Part shown: in pieces, positions 1-12,439 of the stretch
Position numbering within the stretch: the stretch's first letter is position 1
How the letters are laid out: the number at the start of each line of letters is the position of its first letter
Assembly (NCBI GenBank): GCA_013239625.1
Contig: MU054323.1
Location: 17,736,029 to 17,800,028 of the forward strand
Reading direction: 5' to 3'
Source of the DNA: Lama guanicoe
Lineage: Eukaryota
Length of the DNA stretch: 64,000 nt
Notes under the pieces: model-generated
What the model was told of the DNA's origin: nothing
The model's input: only the letters and a program-made list of their open reading frames with translations
The model's database searches: none
Made by a program: the position numbers and the translations under genes

Positions 1-195
1 TCAACTTCTCCCTTTGCCCAGGCTTCCTCCCTTCTCTTCCCTTTCTGTTCCTATTCTTCCCTTCCTATCCTTTTCTTTCCCTTCCTGTTTTTTCCTTCCC
101 TTCTCCAAGTCTTGATTCCAAGAGCACTCCCTAATAAACCCCTGCACATTAATTCTATCTCAGAACCTGTTTCCCAGGGAACCAAACCTGTGACA
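1..195 (+). mobile_element. ERVL LTR 3' part (LTR16-like)
   Basis: GAGCACTCCCTAATAAAC...CTCAGAACCTGTTTCCCAGGGAACCAAACCTGTGACA resembles the LTR16-family 3' end and ends in CA. Confidence 0.7.
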
Positions 196-399
196 CCTCT
201 GGGGAATCCTATACCTGGAGGATTCCAATGTCTGTCCCCTCTAACTAGCAGCCAAGAGGATGAAGGGTGGCTCAGAACTAACATGCCAGATAAATCATGG
301 GTCACTCCACCTTCCCTGAGACAGAGTGGTTAAGTGCAAGAAGAGATGCCAGGAGTTACACCACCTATGTTTCTTCAACAAAGTAGAAAACATTACAAC

Positions 400-700
400 A
401 GCACTGAGTGATATTAAAGAGACAGAACCACTAGGATATAGCTGAGGAAAAATAGGGCCAGTCAAGAATTACTCCTAGATTTCTCACTTGGGTAACTGAG
501 TGGATGGTAGTTCCATTTAGTGAGACAAAAGAAAACACACATTTGGAGGAAAATATGAGTTTAGTTTGAGGTGTCTTTAGCTCATGTCAAAGTAGAAACA
601 TTCATTAGTCAACTGAAGATATATATCTGGAGTTCAGGAGTGTGACCTGGAGTAGCAATATAATGCATGTACTCATCAGTATACGCATAGTGATGACAAG
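400..700 (-). mobile_element. L2 LINE fragment
   Basis: Antisense L2 motifs (TTGGGTAACTGAGTGGATGGTAGTTCCATTT; GAGTTTAGTTTGAGGTGTCT; CTGGAGTTCAGGAG). Confidence 0.65.
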
Positions 701-779
701 GATCCCACAAGGCTGACAGAGAAATAATTTAAGAAACAGAAGTAAATTTATTTTTTTTAAACCCCAGCAGTCTAATTAG

Positions 780-1000
780 CATTTTCAGAGATTTGAGATG
801 ATATTACCTACCTAAAATAAGAGCAAGAATGCTATAAAAAGAAATATGAGAAAGTCTTGGGAATGAAAAGTATGATTGGCAAAGTAAAAATTTCACAGGA
901 AGGATTAGAAGACAGAATTGATAAAATATCCCAGAAAGTAGAATATAAAAAGGTGACAGACATAAAGGATAATTTCAAAAGATCCAACAGTCAATTAATA
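780..1000 (+). mobile_element. Old L1/HAL1 ORF1 fragment
   Basis: A-rich; ORF 857-1081 gives EGLEDRIDKISQKVE...DIKDNFKRSNSQLI, resembling the L1 ORF1p coiled-coil/RRSN region. Confidence 0.6.
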
Positions 1001-1319
1001 ATATCTTTATGTAGATCCTGTCGTGGTTCTTTTTTGTATTATTATTGTTCATCCCTGGCTGAATTTCTGGACCAGTTTTAGCAGGTAGTTCATATGAGGA
1101 AATGCTAGGGGTTTTGTATTAGCCTGGAGGAAAGGATCCAGCAGAGGGAAAGGGATGCAGGGGAAGGTGAAGAAGGGTTAACTGACGGACTGCTCTACCT
1201 GAGAAGGTTAAATGGGGTGGATTCAAAGCTTTGGTGCAGGAGCTTGCCTTAAATGACAGGACACCCTTCCTTTGTGCAGGGGTAGAAATGTGTGCAGGTG
1301 CAGATAACTTCAGAATTGG

Positions 1320-1656
1320 TGTCTCAGTCCTTTCAGACTGCTGTAACAGAAAACCATAGACTGGGTGGATTATAAACAACAGAAATTTACTTCTCACAGT
1401 TCTGGAAGTTGGGAAGTCTAAGCTCGAGGTGCCAGTGCATTTGGTGTCTGGTGAGAGCCCACTTCCTGGTTCTCACTGTGTCCCCACAAGGGGAAAGGGG
1501 CTGGAGAGTTCTCTGGGGCCTCTTTTAGAAGGATTCGAAGCCCACTCATGATCTAATCACCTCCGGAAGACCCTACCTCCAAACACCATCACATTGGGGT
1601 TTAAATTTCAGCATGTGAATTTGGGGGAGGGAGACACAAACATTCAGTCTTTAGCA
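1320..1656 (-). mobile_element. MaLR solo LTR (MLT1A-like)
   Basis: TG...CA termini; CCATAGACTGGGTGG, AACAACAGAAATTTACTTCTCACAGTTCTGGAAG, GACACAAACATTCAGTC. Confidence 0.85.
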
Positions 1657-2317
1657 GGTGACCAGAAATGGAGGGATTGTTTTTCTGATGTTTTCTGTGT
1701 TCTCTGTGAAGTATGGGCACTGTCGTCTATTGAGGCTTCCTGGGCGAGGGGGGAGGTTGGGCTGGCATGTGGGTAGGAAACTCTGAAGAGTATGGAGATT
1801 TGGGGGGTAGTCTAAATGAAAGATGAAAAACCAACCAACAAAAAGCTGCATAGGGAAACAATTAATGATTGCCAAGCTACTCTGAGGGCTCAGACAAGTA
1901 GTAGATGGGTTGTAACACCAGTGGAAGATTGAGAGTAGATTTGGATAATCAGAACCCAAATGAGGAATCTATAAAAAGGAGGAGGCAAGCTAGTCTCATA
2001 ATGAAAAGGTCCTCCTGGGAAGAGAGTTATATAAATGAAGAAGAGAAAAACATCCTCTTATGAGTCACAGGCTTCATTTTCATCAGCTCCCTGGTTCTGC
2101 TTTGATGTTTACAAAGGGACATGTGATTATAAAGGGGAAAGGTGAAGGGAATAATAAACCAAGGACGCAGGAGAAGGAAGAGACTCGAGAGCCCAAAGGA
2201 GGGAGGGACTGGCATGCACCCAGCTCGGGGGAAACAGGGGAAAGGGCTTCCCGAAGCTCTCTTTGGAGATCAGCCCCCACCCCCATCCGCACAGCAACTC
2301 CCTGCAGGGATCAGACA

Positions 2318-2405
2318 CCTGGTTGTCTTCATCCTTCTACCCTCAGCATCTGGAACAGAGCCTGGCATCGCATAGGTGCAAGATAAACGTCTGGTGAATG
2401 AATGA
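2318..2405 (+). mobile_element. L2 3' end
   Basis: CAGAGCCTGGCAT...TAGGTGC...TGAATGAATGAA tail. Confidence 0.65.
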
Positions 2406-3097
2406 AGTCCACAGCGCAGTCACTGGCTTTTTCAAAGGCTGAGGACACAAAAGTCTGCTTTTTTGTTTTTCCTTCCTCTCCTTTACAAAAAGTTTTCAAA
2501 CAGCCTTTGGGCCTGCTGGGGCCTCTTCAAAAGACAAATAGTCCTACTGCTGCTCCAAAGGCCCCCACCGCCCACCTCCCAATCAGATCTGCCTCTCTCT
2601 GTTCTCATTGGAAAAGGAGGCACAGCTTGCTTTGCAAGAACCTTGCATAGGAAATGGTGCAATCTGGGCTGTTTCTCATCTCTTTCAACCTAATTTCCTA
2701 AGTTAAAGAAAGAAATGCAAGGAATCTCAGGAATATGAAACTTCTCTGGAATGATCTTTATTGGGCAGTGCTTGGAACCAGCTGAAATCCTGAAGGGCTG
2801 TCAAGGCAGCCAAGAAGAAAGGAAAATGACAAATAACTTCAACAATCCTAGCCAAACTCTGAAAAAGATAATCTAGAGCTGCTGCTATTTTTTCCCTTCC
2901 CAGAGTGGTTTGCCTTTCCCCTAGTTTGGTAATTGGTATAAGGTGGTTTTAGATGATTTTGGGGTGGATGAGGAGAACGGAGAAGGGACTCCAGTGTTTA
3001 GGAAGCAGCATGGTGTGGTTAGTTGTACCCTGGAAGCTGTGTAATTGTGTATAATTGACACAGCTGTTTTACACATGCTGACTTCCTCTCCTTTTAG

Positions 3098-3111
3098 GAT
3101 GCCGTTGACTG
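3098..3111 (+). other. Candidate 14-nt micro-exon of an unidentified transcript
   Basis: Branch-like CTGAC, then TTCCTCTCCTTTTAG | GATGCCGTTGACTG | GTAAGT. Confidence 0.4.
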
Positions 3112-3477
3112 GTAAGTAAGGTTTTTATTTGTGGCATTCTCCAAAGAAGATTGTTCATGGCATCTGGGTTCCCTTTCCCAGTCTGATCTGTCTTTATGGT
3201 CTATCAATCATCTCTCCAGGGCTACATTCATGGTGAAGGGCCACTTTGTCTGGCCGACAGTCACCAAAAAGAGTGCAAGAAAAACTGCGTAGTCTGCCAG
3301 ATGGGCCAGGAACACTTGACTGCACTAAAAAATTTCCAGTGATGGTATTCTCAGCTTGCCCTTTTGCTTTGAGCAGTGCACAAAGTCCACAAGCATTTCC
3401 CCTGAAATCTCCACCTTCCCACTGCCAAGGCGGGTTTGGCTGGTTACCAGAGGCACCGAGAGTGTGGGAGGAGGCAG

Positions 3478-3690
3478 CCTATATAGAGTAGCCATGTGCT
3501 TGCTCCCTTGTTCTCGCCCCCTTATAAGGTAACTGCTTCCAAACCGAGCTGGTGGTGAGAAAGGAAGTGAAACTGATTTGCCCATGGTCCATCTGGGTGA
3601 ATGTTGACCCAGAACAGAAGAACAGAATCACTGTGTCCCAGCCTGGCCTGGGGCGCCCTGGGCTGAGTCATGGCTTCACCAGGAATGCAG
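3478..3690. promoter_or_regulatory. Enhancer/promoter-like cluster: CArG, ETS, AP-1, TEAD
   Basis: CCTTATAAGG 3520-3529; CCTATATAGA 3478-3487; AGGAAGTG ~3562; TGAGTCA 3664-3670; GGAATG ~3682. Confidence 0.4.
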
Positions 3691-3849
3691 CTAGTCTGGA
3701 ACATAGTGCAGGGGCGCAGATGCCTGATGCTGGGAGGCCGTTAGAAGGTGGGGGTTCTTTTCCTAAACAGTGAAGACCTACATTCATAAAGTTGCAAGGG
3801 ATCTTGAAAAAAAATCATACACTACAGGTAAATAAAAAATTTTCTTTCT

Positions 3850-5480
3850 ACCCCTCCTCCTACCTCCATTTCAGGTTCCTACTTCTGGCCAACACAGATT
3901 TCACTTTGGAGTGTATCTTTTCATCTTTTTAGATGTTTAAATATCTATATTACTTACATGTATATTATACATTTATATACATATGTGTTTGTATACAGAC
4001 ACAAACACACACAGAGATTTAAAGAGAGAGGGAGTTTTGCTTTGACCTGGTGGCAAATAGTGTGGATTGTTCTCCAACCTCCTTTTTTTTTTTTTTTTTT
4101 CAATTTAGCCATGTCTGGTAGAGATTTTTCTGCGTCAGTGTGTTCTAATTCTTTTTAACTGCTGCATGTTCTTACATAACTCAGATGCATCACTGTTAAA
4201 CTGGCCCTCTTCTGAGGATCATTTAGGCTGCTGTAGGTTTTTATTACTACTGATAATACTTCAGTGAACAGCCTCTTACCACTTTCCTTTTTGCACACAT
4301 GCAAGTATCTAGAGTGGATACCAAGGTGTGAGATTGCGGGGTCAAAGGATAAATGCGTCTGAAGCTGGAAACACCACTGCCCAGTTTGTTCTCCAGAAAG
4401 GCTTGCCCAGTTTATGCCCCGCAGGGGTTTAAGATAGCGCCTCCTTTCCAGCATGCTTGTCAACACTTGAAATCAATCTTTCTTATTTATTGCCAATTAA
4501 ATGTGGAAAATGGTAACCCCGTGTTTTTATTTGCATTTGCCCCTAAAATGTTTTCACATGTTTGCCATTCATGTTTCTTCTTTTGTGAACAGAATGTTCA
4601 TATTTTTTGTCCAGTTTTCTCTTTTGTTTGTCTTTTTTTTTTGAGGCTGTATAACAGCAAGTCCTTTGCTATGTATGTTACAATGTTCTTACCCAGTCTA
4701 TCCTTGGAATTTTAATCTCATTTATAGTTTTTTTTGTTGTTGAACAGATTTAAAATTTTGATAAAGTGAAATTTCTTAATCTTTTTCATTTATTTTCTTT
4801 ATGGCTTTTGGATTTTTTATATTGTTTCCGGAGACATTTCCCACCCCAAAGATCAGAAACATGATCTTCTATATATTTTCTTTTAATAGCTTGATAATAT
4901 CTTTGTTTTTTCACCCAAATGTATCTAGAGTTTATTCTAATAGAGGTAAAAAAAGTAATTTAATTTTTTTTTAATAATAGACAATTGTTTTAACATCATT
5001 TTTTGAGAACTCCATTCTTTCCCTTATTGTTTTGAAATACTGCCTTTATAACATACTAAATTCCTGTTAAACATGGGCTCATTTCTGGGCTCTCTTTTTC
5101 CATTGAGCTATTGATCAATTTTTGTTTGATTGGAAATATATTGAATTTATAGATAATTTGAGGACAGTTGTTATCTTGACAATATTGAGTCCTCCTACTC
5201 AGGTCTTCGTGTAGGTTTTACAGCTTTTTCTTGTAGTTCTTGCCCATATCTTTTTAGTTTTTTGAGTGGCTATTTTCTAGTTTTTGCTACTATTGTGAAT
5301 CCAACCTATTTTTTTCTCCCTATAATAGTTCCTATTTTTAAAATAATTGGTTTATTGATTTTTTTTTTCATATTGACCTTGCATCATTGGTTCTAGTTGG
5401 TTTTCAGTTGATTTTCTTGGATTTTCTAGATAACTGATCATGTTACCTAAAAATAGAAACAGCTATGTCTCTTCATTTCT
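3850..5480 (-). mobile_element. Ancient L1 (L1M/L1ME-type), ORF2-3' region, degraded
   Basis: Long T-rich stretch with antisense L1 motifs (GAGATTGCGGGGTCAAAGG, TTTTTATTTGCATTT, ATCTTGACAATATTGAGTC). Confidence 0.7.
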
Positions 5481-5482
5481 GT

Positions 5483-5995
5483 TGTGTCAGGACTCTTTAA
5501 GAATAACAGAAACCTAATTCAAATTAACTTATCAAAAAAAAGGGAAACTTCTGGGCTCAATTAACAAATAAGAAGCAATTATGATTCGATCTGAGGTATC
5601 AAACCATATCATTGAATCTTGGATCTGGGGTATCAAACAATATCATTAAATCTTGGTCTTGCTTTCTCAGTCCCTCCGGTGGACTTCCTTCTGTCTTGGC
5701 TCCACTTCTAGATAGGATCTCCATGTGTGGTGAGAAGACGGCTGCCAGAAGCCCCAGGCTTATATCCTATTCTCTCAGCAATACCTAGAACTCCCTTTTT
5801 AATGTTTAGCTGTTGCTACCTGTGAAAAACCTGGGGTGGTTTGGATTCCATGATTTGGTCACATGCTCATCTCTGAACCAATCATTTGCGTAAAGACAGA
5901 GTAAGTCTGGTTCTCTAAGGAAAATTGAAATGCTGTTGTCAAAGGGGGGAAATGGAGCTGGGTAGAGAAAAAAAAACAAGAGCTGTCCGCTCTAC
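5483..5995 (-). mobile_element. Old MaLR LTR (MLT1J/K/L-like)
   Basis: TGTCAGGACTCTT...ACAGAAACC; GGCTGCCAGAAGCCCCAGGCTTATATCC; GGTCACATGCTCATCTCTGAACCAATCA. Confidence 0.6.
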
Positions 5996-6719
5996 TGTAT
6001 TTAAACCTCTTTCAATATTTTCAACACTGTAATCTCTGATTTCTTCTCTTTGGTCTTAGAATCTTTCCTTCCATTTTCTGTCCGGTATGAATTCTCCATG
6101 TTGTTGCTTCTACTTTTAGCTCTCTTTCTTAGCATTAGTTTCCTCCCTCCCACCCTTCCTCCCTGCTTCCCTTCCTTCCTATGTCCTTCCAAACGCAGCC
6201 TTTCCTGTTTAGTAGTTTTGTGGTTTTTCCGTCTAGTTTCTGCGATTCCCAGGCCAGACCTCGGTCTTATCCTACAGTACTGTAGATCCATTCCCTTTTC
6301 CAGAGTCAGATTCTGGCTGTAAGAGTGTGCCTGATTCTTCCACCCTCCCTGGGTATGTTATTTGCATAAGCCTGTAGTTCTAGGCTACAAGCCCTAGACA
6401 GCTCCTTTCAAGGGGGTAGCCTGATCTGGCCCTTGATTTCCAGTGCCTCACATGGGAGATGTTTAGCCCCTAATACCCTATATGAGTCCAGCTTCTGAAT
6501 ACCTTGGTTTGCTTTTGGCTGAATCCAGTAGGTCAACAGCTCTGGGTCACTCATTGTATTATTTCCTATCCATTTCTGAGCAACGGAGGTGTTTTTGAGC
6601 ATGAATATGCCTGACATCTCTCCTATTTTTTGTTTCATCTGTTATCACTATCATTTTGGGACGAGACTGTCCCCAAAGCACCGTCTTGGCTGTCCATCTA
6701 TTCTTATTTATTCTCTACT

Positions 6720-7280
6720 ACTCGGGATCTAGCTTCCTCTCCTCCCACCATTCTCTTGGAAACTGCTGTCTCTGAGGTCACCACTGTCATTTCCCAAACA
6801 CCAAATGAAGCAGCTTTTTCCTTCAGTTCTCATTTTCCTTCACTCTGCAGCGTCCAACACTATTGACCACGCTTCCTTTCACTCCTCTCTGCCTTTGGCT
6901 ACTGTGATGTTCCACGGTCCTGGTTCACTACCTCTTCTGACTCTTCCTTTTTTTTTTTTTTTAAACTGCTTTCACTTCCTCCTCCCATTTTGTAACCATA
7001 GATATCCCACAAGGCCGAGGCCTTTGTCCTCTGGTTTTACCCTCTCTTTCCTTTAATTGTACACTTTCTCATGTCTTCAGTCAATCTCTAAAATGAGTCC
7101 CTATCTTTCGTCCAGGACTTTTTCCACCTGAGTTCTATAGCTGTCCATCTGCCTGTGGTAGTTCCGCTTGATATCCTGCTGTTCCATCAAAGTTCCTCCC
7201 CTTTTTGAACCTTCCAAATTCCATCTAAGATACCATCCTTCTCCTAGTTTCTAATGGTCAAAATCATACCCATCCTTCAT
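6720..7280 (+). mobile_element. L2 LINE (RT-3' region)
   Basis: GAAACTGCTGTCTCTGAGGTCACCA...CTCTGCAGCGTCCAACACTATTGACCAC, typical of L2 ORF2. Confidence 0.7.
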
Positions 7281-7810
7281 TCCTACAGTTTTCTCCAGAG
7301 CCAGTTAATTATACATACTATTGATTCTCTTTCCTTGATTTTCCTCTTCCTTGCCATTGCACAGTTCATGCACCTTCTGTGATCTCCCATCTTTCCTCTT
7401 ATAGACCATTTCAGTGTTTTCCTAGTAAAGCAAGGTAGGTAAATGTGGCAATATTTTGATGGTTTTGTGCCAAAATTTAGGATTTTGGACACTCCCCTCA
7501 AAAAAAGACTTAACTTATAGTCACAGTTTTCCCCCTTGCCCCCTACCCTCAATAAGGAGAAAGAATCCTTTGCTGTATGGGCAAAACATCAAGACTGATG
7601 TATTGTGCCGATCTGAGTAATGGATTCAGTCCAGAAAGGCTAAATTGTTCTATTAGTAAGAGCAAGAAGCTATCAAAAGAAAAGAATTCATTTAAGCTGA
7701 GACATAAAGGATGAGTATGAACTCTTTTGACAACCCAGGGGAGAGAGGCTTGTATTCCAGATAGAAGGGGAAGCGCAAGCAAAACAGATACAAAATACGT
7801 GATGCCTGTT

Positions 7811-7854
7811 TGTATGTGTGTGTGTGCGTGTGCGCGTGCGCGTGCGCGTGCGTG
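7811..7854. repeat. (TG)n/(TGCGCG)n compound microsatellite
   Basis: TGTATGTGTGTGTGTGCGTGTGCGCGTGCGCGTGCGCGTGCGTG. Confidence 0.95.
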
Positions 7855-10800
7855 TTGGGGTCTACAAAGAGTCACTGTGAGCCAGGGAGATGGGAAATAA
7901 ATGAGGCTGGACAGACAAGCTTTCCACTCCAAGTTAAGGACTATCATTTGGGGTATCGTGGAAGCACTGGATGTGGGGGTGGGGTCACATGGCCACATTC
8001 ATGGCCAGGTTTCCAGCTTCGGATTGCATCATTCACTAAGCAGGACTCAAGGGAGAGAAGGAATGGGTGTGAATTAGGAGTTTTGGTGAGATTATGATTG
8101 CTGCTCTGCACTGCTTCTTCAGGGCTGCTGTGCGCCTAGAATTGCTGAGCATGGGAGTCTCTGTGGGGAAGGAGTGCAGGAACGGCCCTCAGAAAGTGTG
8201 CTCCTGGGACAGTCAGAATGTGTTTGCCAGGTGGGGGACCCAATCATGGTTTAGACCAGAGGAGCTAGCATCGTGGCTGGGAAGATGACTGCACGGGTTA
8301 TCACATCCTAAAGGGGTTTCAGGGATGAGAATGAGAGCGTGAGTCAAGTGCAGGTCTCGTGTCATGGCTCTCCTACTTGTGAAACTCCTGTTGGTCCTTC
8401 AGGGACCATCTGAAATGCCAGCTTCTCGCTGATGTGTTTCCTTTAGCCCCACCACTGGAAGGTATCTCTTTCTCTTTATAAGCTCTATAGCTTGTGGTTT
8501 ACAAGTATTTTATAGCATTGTATTCCTTCTGTGGGTAAAATCTCTGAAGATTGTCTTGCTTTTCTTTGTCTCTCCTCCATCACCTGAGACTCTGCTCTGT
8601 ATACCCTCTCCACTGAAGAAATAATAATTGAACCGAATCTGCACTTTCACAGGAAAGGTACATCCTCCAGGATTTAATAAGAATGAACCTTAAATAATGA
8701 AATATTTCAAGGAATTTGAATATTTCAAAGCTCCATCCATATAAGGCCTGAATAATTCATGCAAATATTTGAAGAAAAGAACAAAAGCTTATCTAATAAT
8801 TCAATACACTGTTCTTTATTTTGACCCATAAAAGGAGAGCTCCAGCTTAGTTTTGGTAGTAAGCTCAGCTCTAGAAGCTTTGAAATGCAGATTAGATCAA
8901 TTACATCACAATTATATTTGAAAGTTGAAAAGAAGCATTTTCCAAAAGGCAGATTCCAATTCTATGCCTTTTTCAAAGGAAATGTCATTTGGAAAGAAAA
9001 CTGAATCACACCATGAAATATGTGGCATTTCTTTTGGTTTCCACTTTATTCTACACTAGCAGTAGGCTCATGTGATATGTGGAAATGTGCTTAATCAAAT
9101 TTAGCCTGACTTCTCAAGTTAAGAAAATGTATATGAAGTATTTCTGAGATAAGAAGAGGCATGTTCTTTTTTTAGAACACATACTTCCAATGTTGCTGCA
9201 TTTGTCTTATTCCCTTATCTGAAAATTTGGCTTTGTTTATAAAATCTACAAGTTTCTGTTCATTGAGAACAGAACTGGAATAGCCTGGAAGCCTGTGGAG
9301 CTGAGTGGTATTTTAGAGTGCTGACTCATTTTCTCTTCAATAAAGAACCTGACACTGTTACTTGTGTTTATCTTACACACAGGATTATTCACCTGGGAGT
9401 GGGACCTGAGTTCTGGCGCAAGCCTTCTATTTACTGAGCTGTGTGATGCAGGCCACTTAACCTCAGAGATAAAAATGCGAGGGCTGTTGCCTATAACTTC
9501 ATAATTCTGTGGTTTAAGTATAATCCACTCAAATATTCGATGATCTCTTTAAAAATTAAACAAAAATTTGCTATTTGCCATGATCCATGTGTACCACTGA
9601 GCCCTGAGTCATATTTTTGGAATAACGTAAAACAGGGAGAGATGGTCTGGAGGACCATTCCTTTATATGAATTTTGTATGGAATGTCAGCTTAAGGTAGC
9701 ACACGCCCAGTGTTAGGGGTCTATAGATACCACTAGAATTAGAGGAGATGAAGATAAGGATAATGGAGTTTTCTTAATTTGAAAAAAAAAAAACCAACAA
9801 AGCAAAACAAATGATTTTCTAATTGTGTTGCAAACAACTTGCAGATCTGAAAATGATTTAAGTTGTCACACATTTCTACACTGATAAGTGCTATGCAAAA
9901 GGATCCATTGCAACACAGTAATCTACCAAGATTAAAAAGAGTATCATTTTAAGGATTTTAGATTTTTAAATCAATTTGTGTTGTTTCTTAGTTTGTCTTG
10001 TGTTCTGAGAAGCTGTCTCAGAGGTTTATGCAGGAAATAGTTGTAATCACCTTTGTGATGTGTTAAAATTAGAAGAAAATTTAACTTTAGTAAGAAAAAT
10101 CATACTGAATGCACAAATAGACATTCAAAGAACCACATACCAGATGCAAATTAGATATAATATGTAAAGATTATTTTTATAATAATTTTTAAATTTTGAA
10201 TTTTTAAGAGGTTTTTGTAACTGAGAGAAACAGGAGCAATGTATTTGTGACTGAATTTAAGTCATATGTGTGTATTCATATTTTTACATCTACATATGAA
10301 TGCCTGAATATAATTATATGCCATATATTGTGCATGTGTAGTACACACACTCCTATGTATGTTGGAATTCTTATCTATTCCATAGAAAGCAAATGTGATA
10401 TTAAAAGATATCTAGCATTCAGTTAACTCTTTAAAAAATCACATTGTTTCTTGGCTTTTTTTGTTACTTCCTATTGGCCTGGGGGCAGTGATTCATGATA
10501 ATGTAATGTAATATATATGGTTTCCAGTATCACATGACAAATTTAAATGGATATAGAAGAAACCTGAAACACTATTCTTACTTTAAAAATGTAAAACCTC
10601 AATAGAAGTCTATTTATCAGAGAATTGGGTGTCAATTTCAATAATAGTAAGACTCCAACAGAATTGACCTCTAGTGAAGAAATATGACTGAATTTTACTT
10701 GGTAGTTATTTAATAGCTCATATATAAAAACAACAAAAGCTTTTTTTTTTTTAACCAGTTTGTTGTCTCTGCAAATAGGTCATTTTCATTGTATGTGCTG

Positions 10801-12120
10801 GAATGAGTTTTCTTTATAGTATAGGCTTTTTTGATACAGGTACTCGTTTTAAAGTTGGAAATATAAAGTCCCTAATGATTAACTTTAGGGAGAGAAGAGA
10901 GTAAACAGAAATGCAAACATAAAAGAACAAATAATTTTGAGTTAACAACCCCCTGATGAGAGTGGCAGAATTAGATGAACAAGCGTTTCAATAAGGTCTC
11001 AACAAAGTTTTATCTACTAATTTAATGATAATTAATGAAAATTAGTGGAATTTAAGGGTGAAAATTTTCTACAATCATAGTATGAGGGAATGAATAGAAT
11101 TTTGTTAGAGGAACAGCTATTGCTTTTGAAATGAAGAGTTAAGAATCAAGCAGTAAATTAGGACCATAACAATTGCCTGATAAACAGAATCCAGTATATG
11201 TAATTTACTCTTGCTGTAGGTAGAACATTTGTTTAATTTTATTTCCATAAGCCATCTCATTAAACTCCTACCAATAAAGTGAGTTACATCTTTGGGCTCA
11301 ACTTTTATTACCTGAATAATATTCCTGGGACAGGTAACAATTTCTAGTTGGGGCTAGAAACATTTGATTTAGAAATCAGTCTATCTCTGAATGTTGTAGG
11401 ATTTGATTTTATATCATCTTTATTTTGTTGCACTGAAATTTGTTTTTTTAATGACAAGCTGATATTCCAGTAACTCTATAAAAACAAAATACAATCCTGT
11501 GGTTCTGCCTGAACGTGGCCAAGTTTCAGAACTGTAAATGATAAACCAAGAAGGGCCTAGATTAATGGTTCTCCTCCCCAAAGGTGTAAGAGGCTCTGAG
11601 GTTACTAAATAGATTTACTTCCAAAGTATTCTCCAGGTTTTTTTTTGCTTTTGTTTGACTCATTTCCTTCTCGATAAGATTCCATTTCCTTTCTCTTCCT
11701 CTTCATTCTGTTACTTAACATAGCCCCCAAATATGGTGTAGCCCTCCTGAAATACTGCTTTCAGCAAACATACTCATCATGAGGTAACTGAAAATAGGGG
11801 GGCATATGTGTTACTTGTGTTCCTGTTAATTCTTTGCTTCCCATCCCACATCTGATGTAATAAATTCTCCTCTTTAACACAAGATGTACTTGCTACCATT
11901 CTGACATTAAAACATCAGCCTGTTGTAAAATAACTATTACTCAATTACAAAATACAAAAAATGTAAAAAAAAAAATCAGCCTGTCTCACTCTCTGTGAAC
12001 CAAGATTGAGCTACAATGTGGTCTTAAAACAATGAGTGATGTACTTACTGGTTTTGACCTTTGGTTTAGTAATGATGAGCCTAGGAAGAAAGTAAGCCTC
12101 TTGTACTCTTGTAAGGATGT

Positions 12121-12439
12121 TGCAATAGAACTGAATGTTTGGGTTCCCCCCAAATTCATATGTTGAAACCTAATCCCCAGTGTGATGGTATTTGGGGGTG
12201 GGACCTTTGGGAGGTGATTAGGTCATGAGGATGGAGCCATCATGACTGGAATTAGTGCCTTTATAAAAGAGACCCCAGAGAGCTCTCTTGCCTCTTCCCC
12301 CAAGTGAGGACACAGTGAGAAGATGGCCATCTATGAACCAGGAAGTGGCTCTCACCAGACACCAAATGTGCCGGCACCTTGACCTTGGGCTTTCCAACTT
12401 CCTGGTATTCTGTAGTAGCAGGTCGAATGGACTAAGACA
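12121..12439 (+). mobile_element. MaLR solo LTR (MLT1A0-like)
   Basis: TG...ACTGAATGTTTGGGTTCCCCCCAAATTCATATGTTGAAACCTAATCCCCAG...GGACTAAGACA. Confidence 0.9.

Noticed and set aside
857..1081. Protein-coding ORF
   Set aside because: Decayed L1/HAL1 ORF1 remnant.
7549..8097. 149-aa and 95-aa ORFs
   Set aside because: They run through a microsatellite (ARARAHAHTH / VCVCACAC) and show no recognisable domain.
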